Shown here piece after piece: positions 1 through 10,506 of a stretch of 64,000 nucleotides of DNA. The DNA is from an uncultured Candidatus Rokubacteria bacterium (GTDB taxonomy: Bacteria; Methylomirabilota; Methylomirabilia; Rokubacteriales; CSP1-6), in assembly GCA_963762145.1 (NCBI GenBank), contig CAVXJS010000011.1, positions 512,001 through 576,000 of the forward strand, in the 5' to 3' direction. The position numbers and the translations under genes were made by a program. The notes beneath the pieces were generated by a model, which searched no databases, was not told the DNA's origin, and saw nothing but the letters and a program-made list of their open reading frames with translations. Each line of letters starts with the position of its first letter. Position 1 is the stretch's first letter.

Positions 1-224
1 CGAGCCTCGAGCTGGGCGAGATCGTGATGGAGCATCTCCAGAAGCTGGACCAGGTGGCCTACGTGCGGTTCGCCTCGGTGTACCGCCAGTTCAAGGACAT
101 CTCCCAGTTCATGGACGAGGTGAAGCACCTGATCAAGGACGACAAGCCGGCGAAGGTCGCTCCCAGCAAGCCGAAGGCCTCGCGCCAAGCGGTAGACCAC
201 CCCTCACCCTGCCCTCTCCCCTGA
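1..224 (+). CDS. nrdR: Transcriptional repressor NrdR, C-terminal part (5' truncated by window)
   Basis: [28 protein letters not shown] is the NrdR ATP-cone C-terminal signature. Confidence 0.93.
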   Translation, partial: SLELGEIVMEHLQKLDQVAYVRFASVYRQFKDISQFMDEVKHLIKDDKPAKVAPSKPKASRQAVDHPSPCPLP

Positions 225-237
225 GGGGAGAGGGGGA
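200..237. repeat. BoxC/REP-like palindromic repeat
   Basis: CCCCTCACCCTG-CCCTCTCCCC-TGA-GGGGAGAGGG between convergent gene ends; related copy at 6710-6745. Confidence 0.65.
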
Positions 238-1124
238 TGAGGAGGGACGGCTCTTGTAGTTGTCAGCGCCACGCCCGCGATCACGCCGCAGGCGCCGATC
301 CAGTGGTACCAGCGGATCGGCTCGCCCACCATCAGCCAGGACAGCCCCAGCACCAGGAACGGGATCAGGTTCGTGAACACCGCGGCGCGGCCCGGTCCGA
401 CCGTGCGCACCGCCTGGTAGAACGCGATGTGCGCGGGCGTCCCCAGCAGGGAGCTGTAGAGCACGACCACCACCGCCACCCACGAGGCCCCGGCGAAGCT
501 CTGCCAGGGCCGTTCCAGGAGGGCCAGCGGGAGCAGCAGGCCCGCCGCCACCACGTGGGCGCCCGCCAGCATCTGCAGCGGCGAGAAGGTGGACCGGTTG
601 GCACGGGTGTAGAGCGTGTAGGTCACCCAGAGCATCTGGGAGATCAGGATGATCACGTCGCCCCGGTTCGCCGACAGCGTCCGGAGCACATCGAGTGACC
701 CCCGTGCGATCGTGAGCACCACCGCCACCATCGTGAGCGCGATCCCGGTCAGGTTCAGGGCGGACAGGCGCTCGCGCAGCATCGCCGAAGCCGCGAGCGC
801 CACCACCACCGGCGCCGCCGCCCCGAGGATCCCCGCGTTGGCGGGGGTGGTGAACATCATGCCGGTGTACCAGAGTGTGGAGTTGCCCACGAATCCGGTG
901 ACCCCGAGCACGATCACCGCGGTCAGGTCGCGACGGGCGAGCGGCGGCAGCGGGCCCTCGAGGATGCGGGACGCGAGCATGAGCAGCGGCGCGGCGATGA
1001 GCGCGCGCAGGGCCGCGAGCGTGAGCGGTCCGAGCTCGGAGAGGCCGAGCTTGGCGAGCGGGAAGTTACCGGCCCAGATGAGGGCCACGACGAACAGGAG
1101 GAGGTAGGCGTCGCGGTGAGTCAC
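204..1124 (-). CDS. DMT/EamA family transporter
   Basis: 306 aa, about 10 TM segments, IWAGNF start motif, two EamA repeats. Confidence 0.9.
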   Translation of the reverse strand: MTHRDAYLLLFVVALIWAGNFPLAKLGLSELGPLTLAALRALIAAPLLMLASRILEGPLPPLARRDLTAVIVLGVTGFVGNSTLWYTGMMFTTPANAGILGAAAPVVVALAASAMLRERLSALNLTGIALTMVAVVLTIARGSLDVLRTLSANRGDVIILISQMLWVTYTLYTRANRSTFSPLQMLAGAHVVAAGLLLPLALLERPWQSFAGASWVAVVVVLYSSLLGTPAHIAFYQAVRTVGPGRAAVFTNLIPFLVLGLSWLMVGEPIRWYHWIGACGVIAGVALTTTRAVPPHPPLPSGERAG

Positions 1125-1135
1125 GGGAGATGGAA

Positions 1136-1184
1136 CGGCCCTGCCGGGATGGGGCCGACAGGGCCGAGCGCCACGAGGGGCGCC
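1136..1184 (-). terminator. Two GC-rich hairpins directly downstream of the Lys-rich micro-ORF
   Basis: Minus strand: GGCGCC-cctcgt-GGCGCT, then CGGCCCTGTCGG-ccccatc-CCGGCAGGGCCG (12-bp stem); U-tract is weak. Confidence 0.55.
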
Positions 1185-1226
1185 TTACTTCTTCTTTTTC
1201 TTCTTCGCGGCCTTCTTCTTCGCCAT
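1185..1226 (-). CDS. 13-aa lysine-rich micropeptide MAKKKAAKKKKKK
   Basis: ATG GCG AAG AAG AAG GCC GCG AAG AAG AAA AAG AAG AAG TAA, preceded by [15 protein letters not shown] and a consensus-like promoter. Confidence 0.75.
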   Translation of the reverse strand: MAKKKAAKKKKKK

Positions 1227-1276
1227 CGTGTCACCCCCCTCCCGATCCCCGCGCGTCCGGCGGTCGATCTGTCCGG

Positions 1277-1305
1277 ACTCTAGGGGAGGGCCCAAAACGT
1301 GTCAA
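1277..1305 (-). promoter_or_regulatory. Sigma70-type promoter of the micropeptide gene
   Basis: TTGACA (1305-1300), 17-nt spacer, TAGAGT (1282-1277). Confidence 0.75.
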
Positions 1306-1369
1306 GAGGAAAATACCCGATAGAGGGGTCGTAACGCACTGCAGCCCCCACATCTTGGGGGCGGGACGG

Positions 1370-2059
1370 CTAGGTCTTCTCGAGCTTCTCGTGGGCGGAG
1401 GACGGCTTGCGATGCTCGCGGCGCTTCACGTACTCCTGGTTGAGCGGCACGCCCTTCTTGCAGAGCGGGCAGGTGTCGACGCTGTAGGTGGGGAAGTCGC
1501 GGCTCACGAGGCTGAAGATCTCCTTGCCGTCGATCACCGCCTTCTTGGTGCGTCGCCACAGCGCGCCGATGCCGATCACCTGGCCGCCCAGCTCCTCCAC
1601 GAGCTGCGAGAGCAGCCGCACGGTGGTGCCCGAGCTCACCAGGTCTTCCACGATGAGCACCTTCGTCCCGGTGCGGATGAACCGCTGGAACTCGACGGGC
1701 AGACTCACGCGGCGCTTGCCCGCGCTGACGCCCTTGGTGCCGTAGGCCAGCGTCGGCCGGGAGGGATGCGCGCGGGCCACGCAGTGCGACAGGATCAGGG
1801 CGCCCGGCCCGGTGGAGAGCACGACGTCGATGGGCCACTGCGCGAAGTGCTTGGCGATGACCGCCCCGAGGCCCTCGGTGAAGGAGGCCTCGGTGGTGAC
1901 CAGGGTCTTCTCGATGTACTCGCTGGTGTGGTGGCCCGACGGCAGCAGCACGTGGTCGTTGGCGTGGTAGGCGCCGGTGCGCTTGAGGATCTCGAGATGG
2001 ATCTTCTCGCGTACCTCGGCGTCCATCTGGCTGTCGGATTGTCGCGGCGGCGGGGCCAT
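1370..2059 (-). CDS. Type I phosphoribosyltransferase, orotate PRT (PyrE)-like
   Basis: HVLLPSGHHTSEYIEK, PRPP loop VLIVEDLVSSGTT, C-terminal CPLC; start may instead be 2026. Confidence 0.8.
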   Translation of the reverse strand: MAPPPRQSDSQMDAEVREKIHLEILKRTGAYHANDHVLLPSGHHTSEYIEKTLVTTEASFTEGLGAVIAKHFAQWPIDVVLSTGPGALILSHCVARAHPSRPTLAYGTKGVSAGKRRVSLPVEFQRFIRTGTKVLIVEDLVSSGTTVRLLSQLVEELGGQVIGIGALWRRTKKAVIDGKEIFSLVSRDFPTYSVDTCPLCKKGVPLNQEYVKRREHRKPSSAHEKLEKT

Positions 2060-2128
2060 CAGTCGCTCAAGGATGACGGCCGGGCCGCGGCGTGTCAACT
2101 CGAAAGTGGGCGTGCTAGACTGCCGCGC

Positions 2129-2812
2129 ATGAGGCTCCTGGCGCTCGAAACCGCCACGCTCGCGGGCGGGGCCGCGCTGATCGAGGAGGGGCGCCTCGTC
2201 GGCGAGAGCCGGCTCAACATCGCCCTCACGCACTCCGAGCGGCTCATGGCCGTCGTGGACCGCCTGCTCCAGGACTGCGGATGGGACGTGGCGAGCCTGG
2301 ACGCCCTCGCGGTGTCCATCGGCCCGGGCTCGTTCACCGGCCTCCGGGTCGGCGTGGCCACCGCCAAGGGGCTGGCCCTGGCGCTGGAGATCCCGGTGGC
2401 GCCGGTACCCACGCTCGACGCGCTCGCCGCCACGCTGCCCTTCGCGGACGCGGCGGTGTGCCCGCTGCTCGCGGCGCGGCGCGACGAGGTCTACGGCGCG
2501 CTCTACCGATGGAGCGGCTCGGCGATGGAGCGGCAGTGGGAGTACCTGGCGCTGCCGCCCGAGGCGGTGGCCGCCCGCCTCGAGGCGCCCGTGATCGTGC
2601 TGGGCGACGGGGTCGCGGCGTGTCGGCCGTTTCTCGCCCGGCTCGGTCCCGGGGTCCGCGAGGCCGATCCCGTGCATTCGCTGCCGTCGCCGGCGGCGGT
2701 GGGCGCGCTGGGCCACGCGATCCTCGTCGCGGGCGGCGGCATCCCGGCGGAGCAGCTGGCGCCGCTCTACCTGCGCCCCTCCGAGGCCGAGCTGAGGGCG
2801 CGTCATGCGTGA
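2129..2812 (+). CDS. tsaB: tRNA t6A biosynthesis protein TsaB
   Basis: MRLLALETA, HSERL, SIGPGSFTGLRVG, PLYLR motifs; followed by rimI. Confidence 0.93.
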   Translation: MRLLALETATLAGGAALIEEGRLVGESRLNIALTHSERLMAVVDRLLQDCGWDVASLDALAVSIGPGSFTGLRVGVATAKGLALALEIPVAPVPTLDALAATLPFADAAVCPLLAARRDEVYGALYRWSGSAMERQWEYLALPPEAVAARLEAPVIVLGDGVAACRPFLARLGPGVREADPVHSLPSPAAVGALGHAILVAGGGIPAEQLAPLYLRPSEAELRARHA

Positions 2813-3281
2813 GGCGCCGCCCGCGGACGTGACGCTCGAGCCGATGACGCTCGAGGACCTGGACGACGTCCTGGTGATCGAGCGCGCGTCGTTCCAGACT
2901 CCGTGGTCCCGCGGCGCGTTCCGCTACGAGCTGACCCAGAATCGCGTCGCGCGGTGCTCGGTGGCCCGCTGGCAGGGCCGGCTCGTCGGCTATCTCTGCC
3001 TCTGGGAGATCGGCCACGAGATCCACGTCACCAACCTGGCCACGCACCCCGACGTGCGCCGCCACGGCGTGGCGCGCGCGCTGCTGGGCGCGGTGCTCGA
3101 CGACGCGCGGGAGCGCGCGGTGACCCTGGCCTTCCTCGAGGTGCGCCCCACCAACTCGGAGGCCCTCGGGCTCTACGAGCGCTTCGGCTTCCGGGTGATC
3201 GGCCGCCGCAAGGGCTACTACTTCGACACCGGCGAGGACGCCCTGGTGATGGAGGCCCGCCTGAGCGGGGAGGTGCTCTGA
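2805..3281 (+). CDS. rimI: Ribosomal protein S18 alanine N-acetyltransferase
   Basis: PWS, LEVRPTN, GRRKGYY, EDALVM motifs. Confidence 0.93.
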   Translation: MREAPPADVTLEPMTLEDLDDVLVIERASFQTPWSRGAFRYELTQNRVARCSVARWQGRLVGYLCLWEIGHEIHVTNLATHPDVRRHGVARALLGAVLDDARERAVTLAFLEVRPTNSEALGLYERFGFRVIGRRKGYYFDTGEDALVMEARLSGEVL

Positions 3282-4249
3282 CCGACCTCGTCCGCCGGAT
3301 GCTCGACGGCGACCGCCTGGCGCTGGCGCGCCTGATCACCCGGGTCGAGAATCGGCTGCCCGACGTGCCGGAGATCATGCGCGCCGTCCACGCCGCGCAC
3401 CGGGCGCGCCTACGTGCTCGGCAGTCACGGGACCGCCCGGTGCCGGGCAAGTCGACCCTGGTCGACCGGCTGATGCGCCTGCCTGCGCGCCGAGCAGCTC
3501 CCGGTCGGCGTGATCGCGGTGGATCCCTCGAGCCCGTTCACGGGCGGCGCGGTGCTCGGCGACCGCATCCGCATGCAGGCCCACACGCTCGACCCGGGCG
3601 TGTTCATCCGCAGCATGGCGACGCGCGGCAGCCTGGGCGGGCTGGCCCGCGCCACCGGCGACGTGATCAAGCTGATGGACGCCTTCGGCTTCCCGTGGAT
3701 CATCATCGAGACCGTCGGGGTCGGGCAGACCGAGCTCGACATCATCCGCCAGGCCGACACCACGGTGGTCGCGCTGGTGCCGGAGTCGGGCGACTCGATC
3801 CAGGCCATGAAGGCGGGGCTGATGGAGGTCGCCGACATCTTCGTGGTCAACAAGGCCGATCGCGACGGCGCCCACGCCCTGATGGCCGACATGCGCTTCA
3901 GCGTGCACCTGCACTACACGAGCGGGGCCGGCGCCAAGGACGTGGACTGGGAGGTGCCGGTGCTGGCCGCCCAGGCCGCCAACGACGTGGGCATCGACGC
4001 CCTGCTCGCCGACGTGCGGAAGCACCGCGCCGCCCTCGAGCAGGCCGGCGCGCTCGAGAAGCGGCGCCAGGCGCGCCGCCGCGCGGAGCTGGAAGCGCTG
4101 CTGGTCGAGGAGTTCACCGCGCAGGTCACGGCGCGCGTGCAGACCGATCCCGGCTCGCGCGCACGCTCGCCGCGGTGTCCACCGGCGCGCTCGATCCCTA
4201 CTCGCGCGGTGGCCGCAGATCCTGTCGCCAGACCCTCACGCGGCCTTGA
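3278..4249 (+). CDS. meaB: MeaB/ArgK GTPase, frameshifted (probable sequence errors)
   Basis: LARLITRVE, PGKSTL, AVDPSSPFTGGAVLGDRIRM, ETVGVGQ, VNKAD across several frames. Confidence 0.88.
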   Translation: MTDLVRRMLDGDRLALARLITRVENRLPDVPEIMRAVHAAHRARLRARQSRDRPVPGKSTLVDRLMRLPARRAAPGRRDRGGSLEPVHGRRGARRPHPHAGPHARPGRVHPQHGDARQPGRAGPRHRRRDQADGRLRLPVDHHRDRRGRADRARHHPPGRHHGGRAGAGVGRLDPGHEGGADGGRRHLRGQQGRSRRRPRPDGRHALQRAPALHERGRRQGRGLGGAGAGRPGRQRRGHRRPARRRAEAPRRPRAGRRAREAAPGAPPRGAGSAAGRGVHRAGHGARADRSRLARTLAAVSTGALDPYSRGGRRSCRQTLTRP

Positions 4250-4310
4250 CACCGCCTTCGAGCCGACTCACGCGTATCAGCCCGATCGTCGCCCTGAACG
4301 GAGGAGCCTG

Positions 4311-6340
4311 ATGTTGCCTTCGCAACACTGGTACGGGATCGTTCCCGGCTGGCTGATCTTCTACGCGATGATCGCGGTGGCGCGGCGCGCTGTTCGCGCG
4401 GCGGGCCTGGTCTTCCTCGTGCGCCTCCTGCTCAAGGGCAAGCCGATGCCGCGCTGGGACCACGTGCCCGACGCGCGTCGGCCGCGTGCTCGTCTACGTG
4501 TTCGCCCAGGCCCGGCTCATCGCCGGCGACTTCTGGCCGGGGCTCATGCACGCGACCATCTTCTGGGGCTTCATGGTCCTCACCCTCGGCACCATCGAGT
4601 TCTTCGGCCGCGGGCGTCACGGAGTCGTTCTTCCTGCCGCTCCTGTCCGACACGGCGCGCTACCTGGTCCTCCAGGACCTCTTCAGCGTCGCTCGTGATC
4701 GCGGCGGTCGGGCTACGCGCGTCTTCCGGCGGCTCGTCACGCGGCCGCGCGCCTCACCCTGTCGCACCGAGGGCCTGGTCATCCTGCTGCCTGATCTTCG
4801 GCCTCATGGTGACGGACCTGCGTGGCCGACGCCGGGCCGCATCGTGCTCGCCCCGGCGCCGCACGACCACTGGCCGTTCGCGGGCAGCGCCATCGCCGGC
4901 CGCTCGCCGGGCTCTCCCGCGGGCGCGGTCACGGTGGTCTTCCACGCGGCGTGGTGGCTGCACGCCGCGGCCTGCTCCTGGGCTTCCTGGTGCTGGCTGC
5001 CGTACTCGAAGCATCTGCACGTCCTGGCCGCGCCGCTCAACGTGTTCTTCGCCCCGCTCGAGCCGAAGGGGCAGTTCCGCACGCATGGACCTCGAGAACG
5101 CCGAGACCTTCGGGGTCGGGCGCGCTCACCGACCTCACCTGGAAGGATCTCTTCGACACCTACAACTGCACCGAGTGCGGCCGCTGCACCTCGCGCTGCC
5201 CGGCCAACATGAGCGGCAAGGAGCTCGACCCGAAGCTGCTGATCCTGCACCTGCAGGAGCGCCTGCTCGAGGAGGCTCCGGCGCTCGCTGGCGCCAGCCG
5301 GGCGCCAACGGGCGCCGGCGCACGCCGAGGCGCTGGTGCGGCGACGTCATCCACGACAACGTGCTCTGGGCCTGCACCACGTGCCGCTGGTGCGTGGACG
5401 CCTGCCCGGTCTTCATCGAGCACGTGCCGAAGATCGTCGGACATGCGGCGCTGGCTGGTGCTCACCGAGTCGCGCTTCCCCGCCGAGCTGCAGCCGGCGT
5501 TCCGCAACCTCGAGACCAACGGCAACCCGTGGCAGATGTCCTGGCAGACGCGCGCGGACTGGGCCGCGGACCTCGGGCGTGCGCACGATGACGCGACGTC
5601 CAGCGAGGCCGAGTACCTCTACTGGGTCGGCTGCTACGGCTCCTTCGACGAGCGCAACAAGAAGGTGGCGCGCGCGCTTCGTCAAGCTCCTCCAGGCGGC
5701 GGGCGTGGACTTCGCGATCCTCGGCAACGAGGAGAAGTGCACCGGCGAGCCGGCGCGGCGGCTGGGCCACGAGTACCTCTACCAGACGCTGGCCCAGGGC
5801 AACGTCGAGACGCTCAAGCAGTACAAGTTCCAGAACATCGTCACCGCGTGCCCGCACTGCTTCAACACGATCAAGAACGAGTACCCGGACTTCGACGGCC
5901 ACTTCCGGGTGATCCACCACACCCAGCTCCTCGACGACCTCGTCGCGCTCGGGGCGGCTCCAGCCGCGCGCGAGAGCGACGGCGAGCGCATCACCTACCA
6001 CGACGCGTGCAACCTCGGCCGCTACAACGACATCTACGACGAGCCGCGGCGCGTGCTCGCCTCGTCGACGCGCGGCCGAGCTGGTCGAGATGGAGCTGTC
6101 ACCGCTCGACGCGGCTTCTGCTGCGGCGGCGGCGGCGGGCGCGCGTGGATGGAGGAGCACGAGGGCCGGCGCGTGAACCAGCTGCGGGTGGAGCAGGCGA
6201 TGGAGGTGAAGCCCGACATCCTGGCCTCCGCCTGCCCGTTCTGCCTGACCATGTTCGAGGACGGGGTGAAGGCGAAGGAGGTCGGCGACAAGATCAAGAC
6301 CCGCGACATCGCCGAGCTGCTCGCCGAACGCCTGGAGTAG
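4311..6340 (+). CDS. Membrane-bound HdrD/GlpC-like (FadF-type) Fe-S oxidoreductase, multiple frameshifts
   Basis: TM N-terminus, CTECGRCTSRCP, CTTCRWCVDACP, CCG domains (ACPHC, YHDACNLGR, FCCGGGGG, ACPFC). Confidence 0.85.
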
Positions 6341-6356
6341 CCCGGAGCCGGCGGCC

Positions 6357-6762
6357 GTGAAGGAACTGCTCTTCGCCCTGCCGCGGCTCGGCCGCATGCT
6401 GATCTCGCTGGCCGGCGACCGCGACGTCCCGACCGCGGCGAAGGTGGTGCTCGCCGCGCTGGCCGTCTACCTGGTGAGCCCGATCGACCTGATCCCGGAC
6501 TTCATCCCGTTGCTGGGCTATGCTCGACGACCTGCTGCTGGCCGCGGTGGTGGTGGACGGCGTGCTGAACTTCGTCGACCGGCCGATGCTGCTGCGCTAC
6601 TGGCCGGGCTCGGCCGACTCACTCGAGCGCATCGCCGTCGTCGCGCGCCGCCTGGCCCGCTGGGTTCCCAACCGCATCAAGGCGCGCATCTTCGGCGGGG
6701 CGCAGAAATCCCTCTCCCCACCAGGGAGTGGGCCGGGTGAGGGGGCGAGCGAGTCCCGATGA
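6357..6762 (+). CDS. YkvA/DUF1232 membrane protein, frameshift near 6520
   Basis: YLVSPIDLIPDFIP..G.LDD motif split over two frames. Confidence 0.85.
6710..6745. repeat. BoxC/REP-like palindromic repeat, second copy
   Basis: CCCTCTCCCCACCAGGGAGTGGGCCGGGTGAGGGGG, inverse of the 200-237 element. Confidence 0.6.
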
Positions 6763-6796
6763 TCCCCGGCCGCCCGGGCGATTGACGGGAGCGCCC

Positions 6797-8276
6797 ATGG
6801 GGGCACGATCGGGCGAGCAGTTCCTGCAAGGGCTGCGCAGCACCAAGCGTCAGCTATGGCTCGAAGGGGAGCGCGTGGACGACGTGACCACGCATCCGGC
6901 GCTCGCGGGCGCGGCGCAGACGCTGGCCGGGGTGTTCGATCGGGTCCGCGCGTTCTCCGACGAGTGCCTGGTCCCGGACCCGGAGACGGGCGAGCCGCTC
7001 AACGTCGGGCACATGATCCCGCGCTCGGTCTCGGATCTGAAGCGTCGGAACCGGGGCCTCGCGCGCATCGCGGAGGCCACCGTCGGCCTCATGGGGCGCA
7101 CCCCCGACTACATGAACGTGAAGTTCGCGAGCTTCGCGGGGCGCTGGAAGGACTGGCTGGGCGCGGACGGCCGGAACGAGGAAGGGGCCCACAACCTCGT
7201 CGCGTTCCAGAAGCGGCTCGCGCGCGAGGACGTCTCGCTCACCCACACGATCATCCACCCGACCATCGACAAGGCGACGGATTCCCAGATCGTGGGGAAT
7301 CCGGTGCCCGTGCACAAGGTCGGGGAGTCCCGGGCGGGGGTCGTGGTGCGCGGCGCCCGCATCCTGGCGACCCTCGCGCCGTTCGCCGACGAGATCGCGG
7401 TCTACCCGGCGCACCCGCTGCCGCCGGGGGCCGAGGCCTACGCGCTGGCCTTCTCGATCCCGGTGGACACGCCCGGGGCTGCTCTTCCTGTGTCGCGACA
7501 GCGCGGCCGCACCCGGCGCGGACGTGTTCGATCGGCCGCTGGCGAGCCGCTTCGACGAGCAGGACGCCTTCGTGATCTTCGACGACGTCGAGATCCCGCG
7601 CGAGCGACTGTTCCTCGACGGGCCGCATCGACCTCTACAACACCGTGACCACGACCGGCCTGCGCGACAACATGACGAACCAGACCACGCATCCGCGCGC
7701 TCACCAAGCTCGAGTTCGCCTACGGCCTCGCCTGCCGCATGGCCGAGGCGATCGGCGACGCGAGCCCGACGACGCAGGAGATGCTGGGCGAGCTGCTCGA
7801 CTACGTCGAGGTGACCCGCAGCGCGGTCCTCCTCTCGGCCGAGCACGGGCGGGACGTGGGCGAGGGGGTGTGGTTTCCCGACGGCCGGCCCCTCGCCCCC
7901 ATGCGGTCGCTCCTGGCGACGTGGTTCCCGCGGGTGAACGAGATCATCATGCTCATCGGCAGCCACAATCTCCTGGCCGCGCCGAGCCGGCGGCTGTTCG
8001 ACGACGCGGATGCTCCGCCCGCTGATCGACGAGTTCCTGCACGGCGCGAAGGACGTCGGCGCCGAGGAGCGGGCCGCCCTGTTCCGCCTCGCGTGGGATT
8101 TCGTCGGGTCGACCCTCGCGGGCCGGAACGTGCTCTACGAGCGGTTCTACCTCACCTCGGCGGCACGCAACCGCATCACCCACCACCTGCGAAACGCGGA
8201 CCGGACCCGCGCCTACGGGCTGGTCGACGGCATCCTGGCGGCCGGACGCCGGGCGGGGAGGCTCGGCGGGGCGTAG
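6797..8276 (+). CDS. 4-hydroxyphenylacetate 3-monooxygenase-like flavin oxygenase component, frameshifted
   Basis: [55 protein letters not shown]. Confidence 0.85.
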
Positions 8277-8382
8277 GAGCACCCGGCCGCTGCGCCGGGT
8301 AGGCAGCCGCGCGCTTATGGCGTGCCCTCGGATCTTGTGCTACGTTCCCTGGCCCGTGAACAGTCTCGAGGAGGCCCGCATC

Positions 8383-8475
8383 ATGGACGCCGAGCATCGT
8401 CGCCTGGAAGAGAGCCGCAGCAAGGCCGCCGCGAACACGGACGTGGCGCCGGCGCGTCCCACCCGCAGGCGCTGA
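8383..8475 (+). pseudogene. 30-aa ORF resembling the N-terminus of a GH63-like glucosidase (gene relic)
   Basis: Strong RBS GAGGAGG; MDAEHRRLEESR parallels [10 protein letters not shown] of the glucosidase starting at 18503; stop abuts the GH13 start. Confidence 0.4.
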
Positions 8476-8476
8476 C

Positions 8477-9934
8477 ATGCTCTATCAGATCAACACGCGC
8501 GTCTGGCTGACGGAGCTGTCACGGACGCTGGCGCGGCCGGCCACCCTCGATGATCTGTCGGAGGCCGAGCTGGACCGCATCGCCGGGATGGGGTTCGACT
8601 GGATCTGGTTCCTGAGCGTGTGGCGCACCGGGCCGGCCGGGCAGCGGGTGTCACGCGCTCTTCCCGAGTGGCGGCGGGAGTTCGAGGAGACGCTGCCGGA
8701 CCTGCGCGACGATGACATCGCCGGATCCGGGTTCGCGATCACCGGCTACACCGTGCATCCGGACCTCGGCGGTGACGCGGCCCTGGCGCGCCTGCGCGAG
8801 CGCCTCCGGAAGCGCGGCCTCCGGCTGATGCTCGACTTCGTCCCGAACCACACCGGCCTGGATCACCCGTGGGTGGAGGACCACCCCCAGTACTACATTG
8901 CGGGGACCGACGTCGATCTGGCGCGGGCGCCCCAGAACTACACGTGGGTGAAGCGGCGACGGGGCGACCTCCTGCTCGCCCATGGTCGGGACCCGTACTT
9001 CGCGGGCTGGCCGGACACGCTGCAGCTCGACTACAGCAATCCGGCCACCCAGGAGGCGATGATCGGCGAGCTGCTCAAGATCGCCGGCCAGTGTGACGGG
9101 GTGCGCTGCGACATGGCAATGCTCGTCCTGCCGGACGTTTTCGAGCGGACCTGGGGGCAGCGGGCCCCGCTGTTCTGGCCGGAGGCCACGCGGCGGGTGC
9201 GGGAGCGGGTGCCGGGGTTCCGCTTCATGGCCGAGGTCTACTGGGACCTCGAGTGGGCGATGCTCGAGCAGGGGTTCGACTACGCCTACGACAAGCGGCT
9301 GTACGACCGCCTGCGCGAGGGGCACGCGCGGCCGGTGCGAGAGCACCTGCTGGCCGGGCTCGACTTCCAGAACAAGCTCGCCCGGTTCCTGGAGAACCAC
9401 GACGAGCCCCGGGCGGCGGCGACCTTCGCGCCAGCCATGCACGAGGCCGCCGCCGTCATCACGTTCCTGTCGCCGGGCCTGCGGTTCTTCCATGAGGGGC
9501 AGCTCGAGGGCCGCCGGAAGCGCATCTCGCCCCACCTGGTCCGCGCGCCCCTGGAGCCGGTCGACGCCGCGCTGCGCCAGTTCTACGACGGCCTCCTGGC
9601 GGTGCTCCGGCAACCGGTCGTTCGCGACGGCCAGTGGCGCCTGCTCGACTGCGCGCCGGCGTGGGAGGGCAACTGGACGTCGGACGGCTTCATCGTCTGG
9701 TCCTGGCAGGCCCAGAACGGCCAGCAACGGCTGGTCGCCGTGAACTACGCGCCCAACCAGGGCCAGTGCTACGTGCGGCTGCCGTTTGCCGAGCTGAGCG
9801 GCCGGACGGTGCAGCTCAACGATCTGACGGGGCCCGCCAGCTACGATCGCGATGGCGGCGATCTGGCGTCGCGGGGCCTCTATCTAGACCTGCCGCCCTG
9901 GGGGTACCACGTCTTCGAGATGACCGCCGCGTGA
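8477..9934 (+). CDS. GH13 alpha-amylase family protein
   Basis: LDFVPNH, DGVRCDMA, AEVYW, FLENHDE catalytic regions. Confidence 0.92.
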   Translation: MLYQINTRVWLTELSRTLARPATLDDLSEAELDRIAGMGFDWIWFLSVWRTGPAGQRVSRALPEWRREFEETLPDLRDDDIAGSGFAITGYTVHPDLGGDAALARLRERLRKRGLRLMLDFVPNHTGLDHPWVEDHPQYYIAGTDVDLARAPQNYTWVKRRRGDLLLAHGRDPYFAGWPDTLQLDYSNPATQEAMIGELLKIAGQCDGVRCDMAMLVLPDVFERTWGQRAPLFWPEATRRVRERVPGFRFMAEVYWDLEWAMLEQGFDYAYDKRLYDRLREGHARPVREHLLAGLDFQNKLARFLENHDEPRAAATFAPAMHEAAAVITFLSPGLRFFHEGQLEGRRKRISPHLVRAPLEPVDAALRQFYDGLLAVLRQPVVRDGQWRLLDCAPAWEGNWTSDGFIVWSWQAQNGQQRLVAVNYAPNQGQCYVRLPFAELSGRTVQLNDLTGPASYDRDGGDLASRGLYLDLPPWGYHVFEMTAA

Positions 9935-9968
9935 CGAAGCGGTGATGCAGCCCGGGTGGCGGCCCCGC

Positions 9969-10391
9969 CTAGACCGCCGCCTGTGCGAGCAGGCCGGCGA
10001 ACGCGGAGAGCAGCTCGCGGTCCCGCGGATACGTGAGCAGTTTGGTGGCGGCCCGGAGGCCGAGCCAGCGGATGGCGCCGACCTCGTTGCGCGGCTCCGC
10101 CTCGCCCCGGACCACCGTCATGGTCCAGTAGCGGACGACCTTCGCCCGGCCCTTGCGGTCGTGGTAGGAGGTGGACGGCAGCTCGAGGTCGAGCTGACAG
10201 CGGAGCCCGGTCTCCTCCTCCACCTCGCGGAGGGCGCACTCCCTGTGGGTCTCGCCCGGCTCGAGCTTGCCCTTCGGGAAGGACCAGTCTCGCCGCTGGG
10301 CACGATAGATGAGCAGCACCTCGGCCTCGCCGCGCTCGTTCCGCCGCGAGATCACGCCGCCCGCCGCCCGGACCACGCCGTTGAACGCCAT
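9969..10391 (-). CDS. NUDIX hydrolase
   Basis: PKGKLEPGETHRECALREVEEETG Nudix box; start MAFNG after GGAGG. Confidence 0.92.
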   Translation of the reverse strand: MAFNGVVRAAGGVISRRNERGEAEVLLIYRAQRRDWSFPKGKLEPGETHRECALREVEEETGLRCQLDLELPSTSYHDRKGRAKVVRYWTMTVVRGEAEPRNEVGAIRWLGLRAATKLLTYPRDRELLSAFAGLLAQAAV

Positions 10392-10506
10392 TCGTTGAGG
10401 CCTCCCTTTTTGAGTTTGCGTCAGGGCCTCGGAAAATGTCCAAGAAATTTCTGGGCGGACGCACGATTTGACGCTCCCGTAACCGTCGTGCAACAAACGC
10501 GGGAGG

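Noticed and set aside
3278-8276. Dense frameshifts in four consecutive genes (also near 16, 25 and 60-64 kb) as pseudogenisation or programmed frameshifting
   Set aside because: The indels are clustered, all motifs are intact and no slippery sites are evident; long-read consensus error is the simplest explanation
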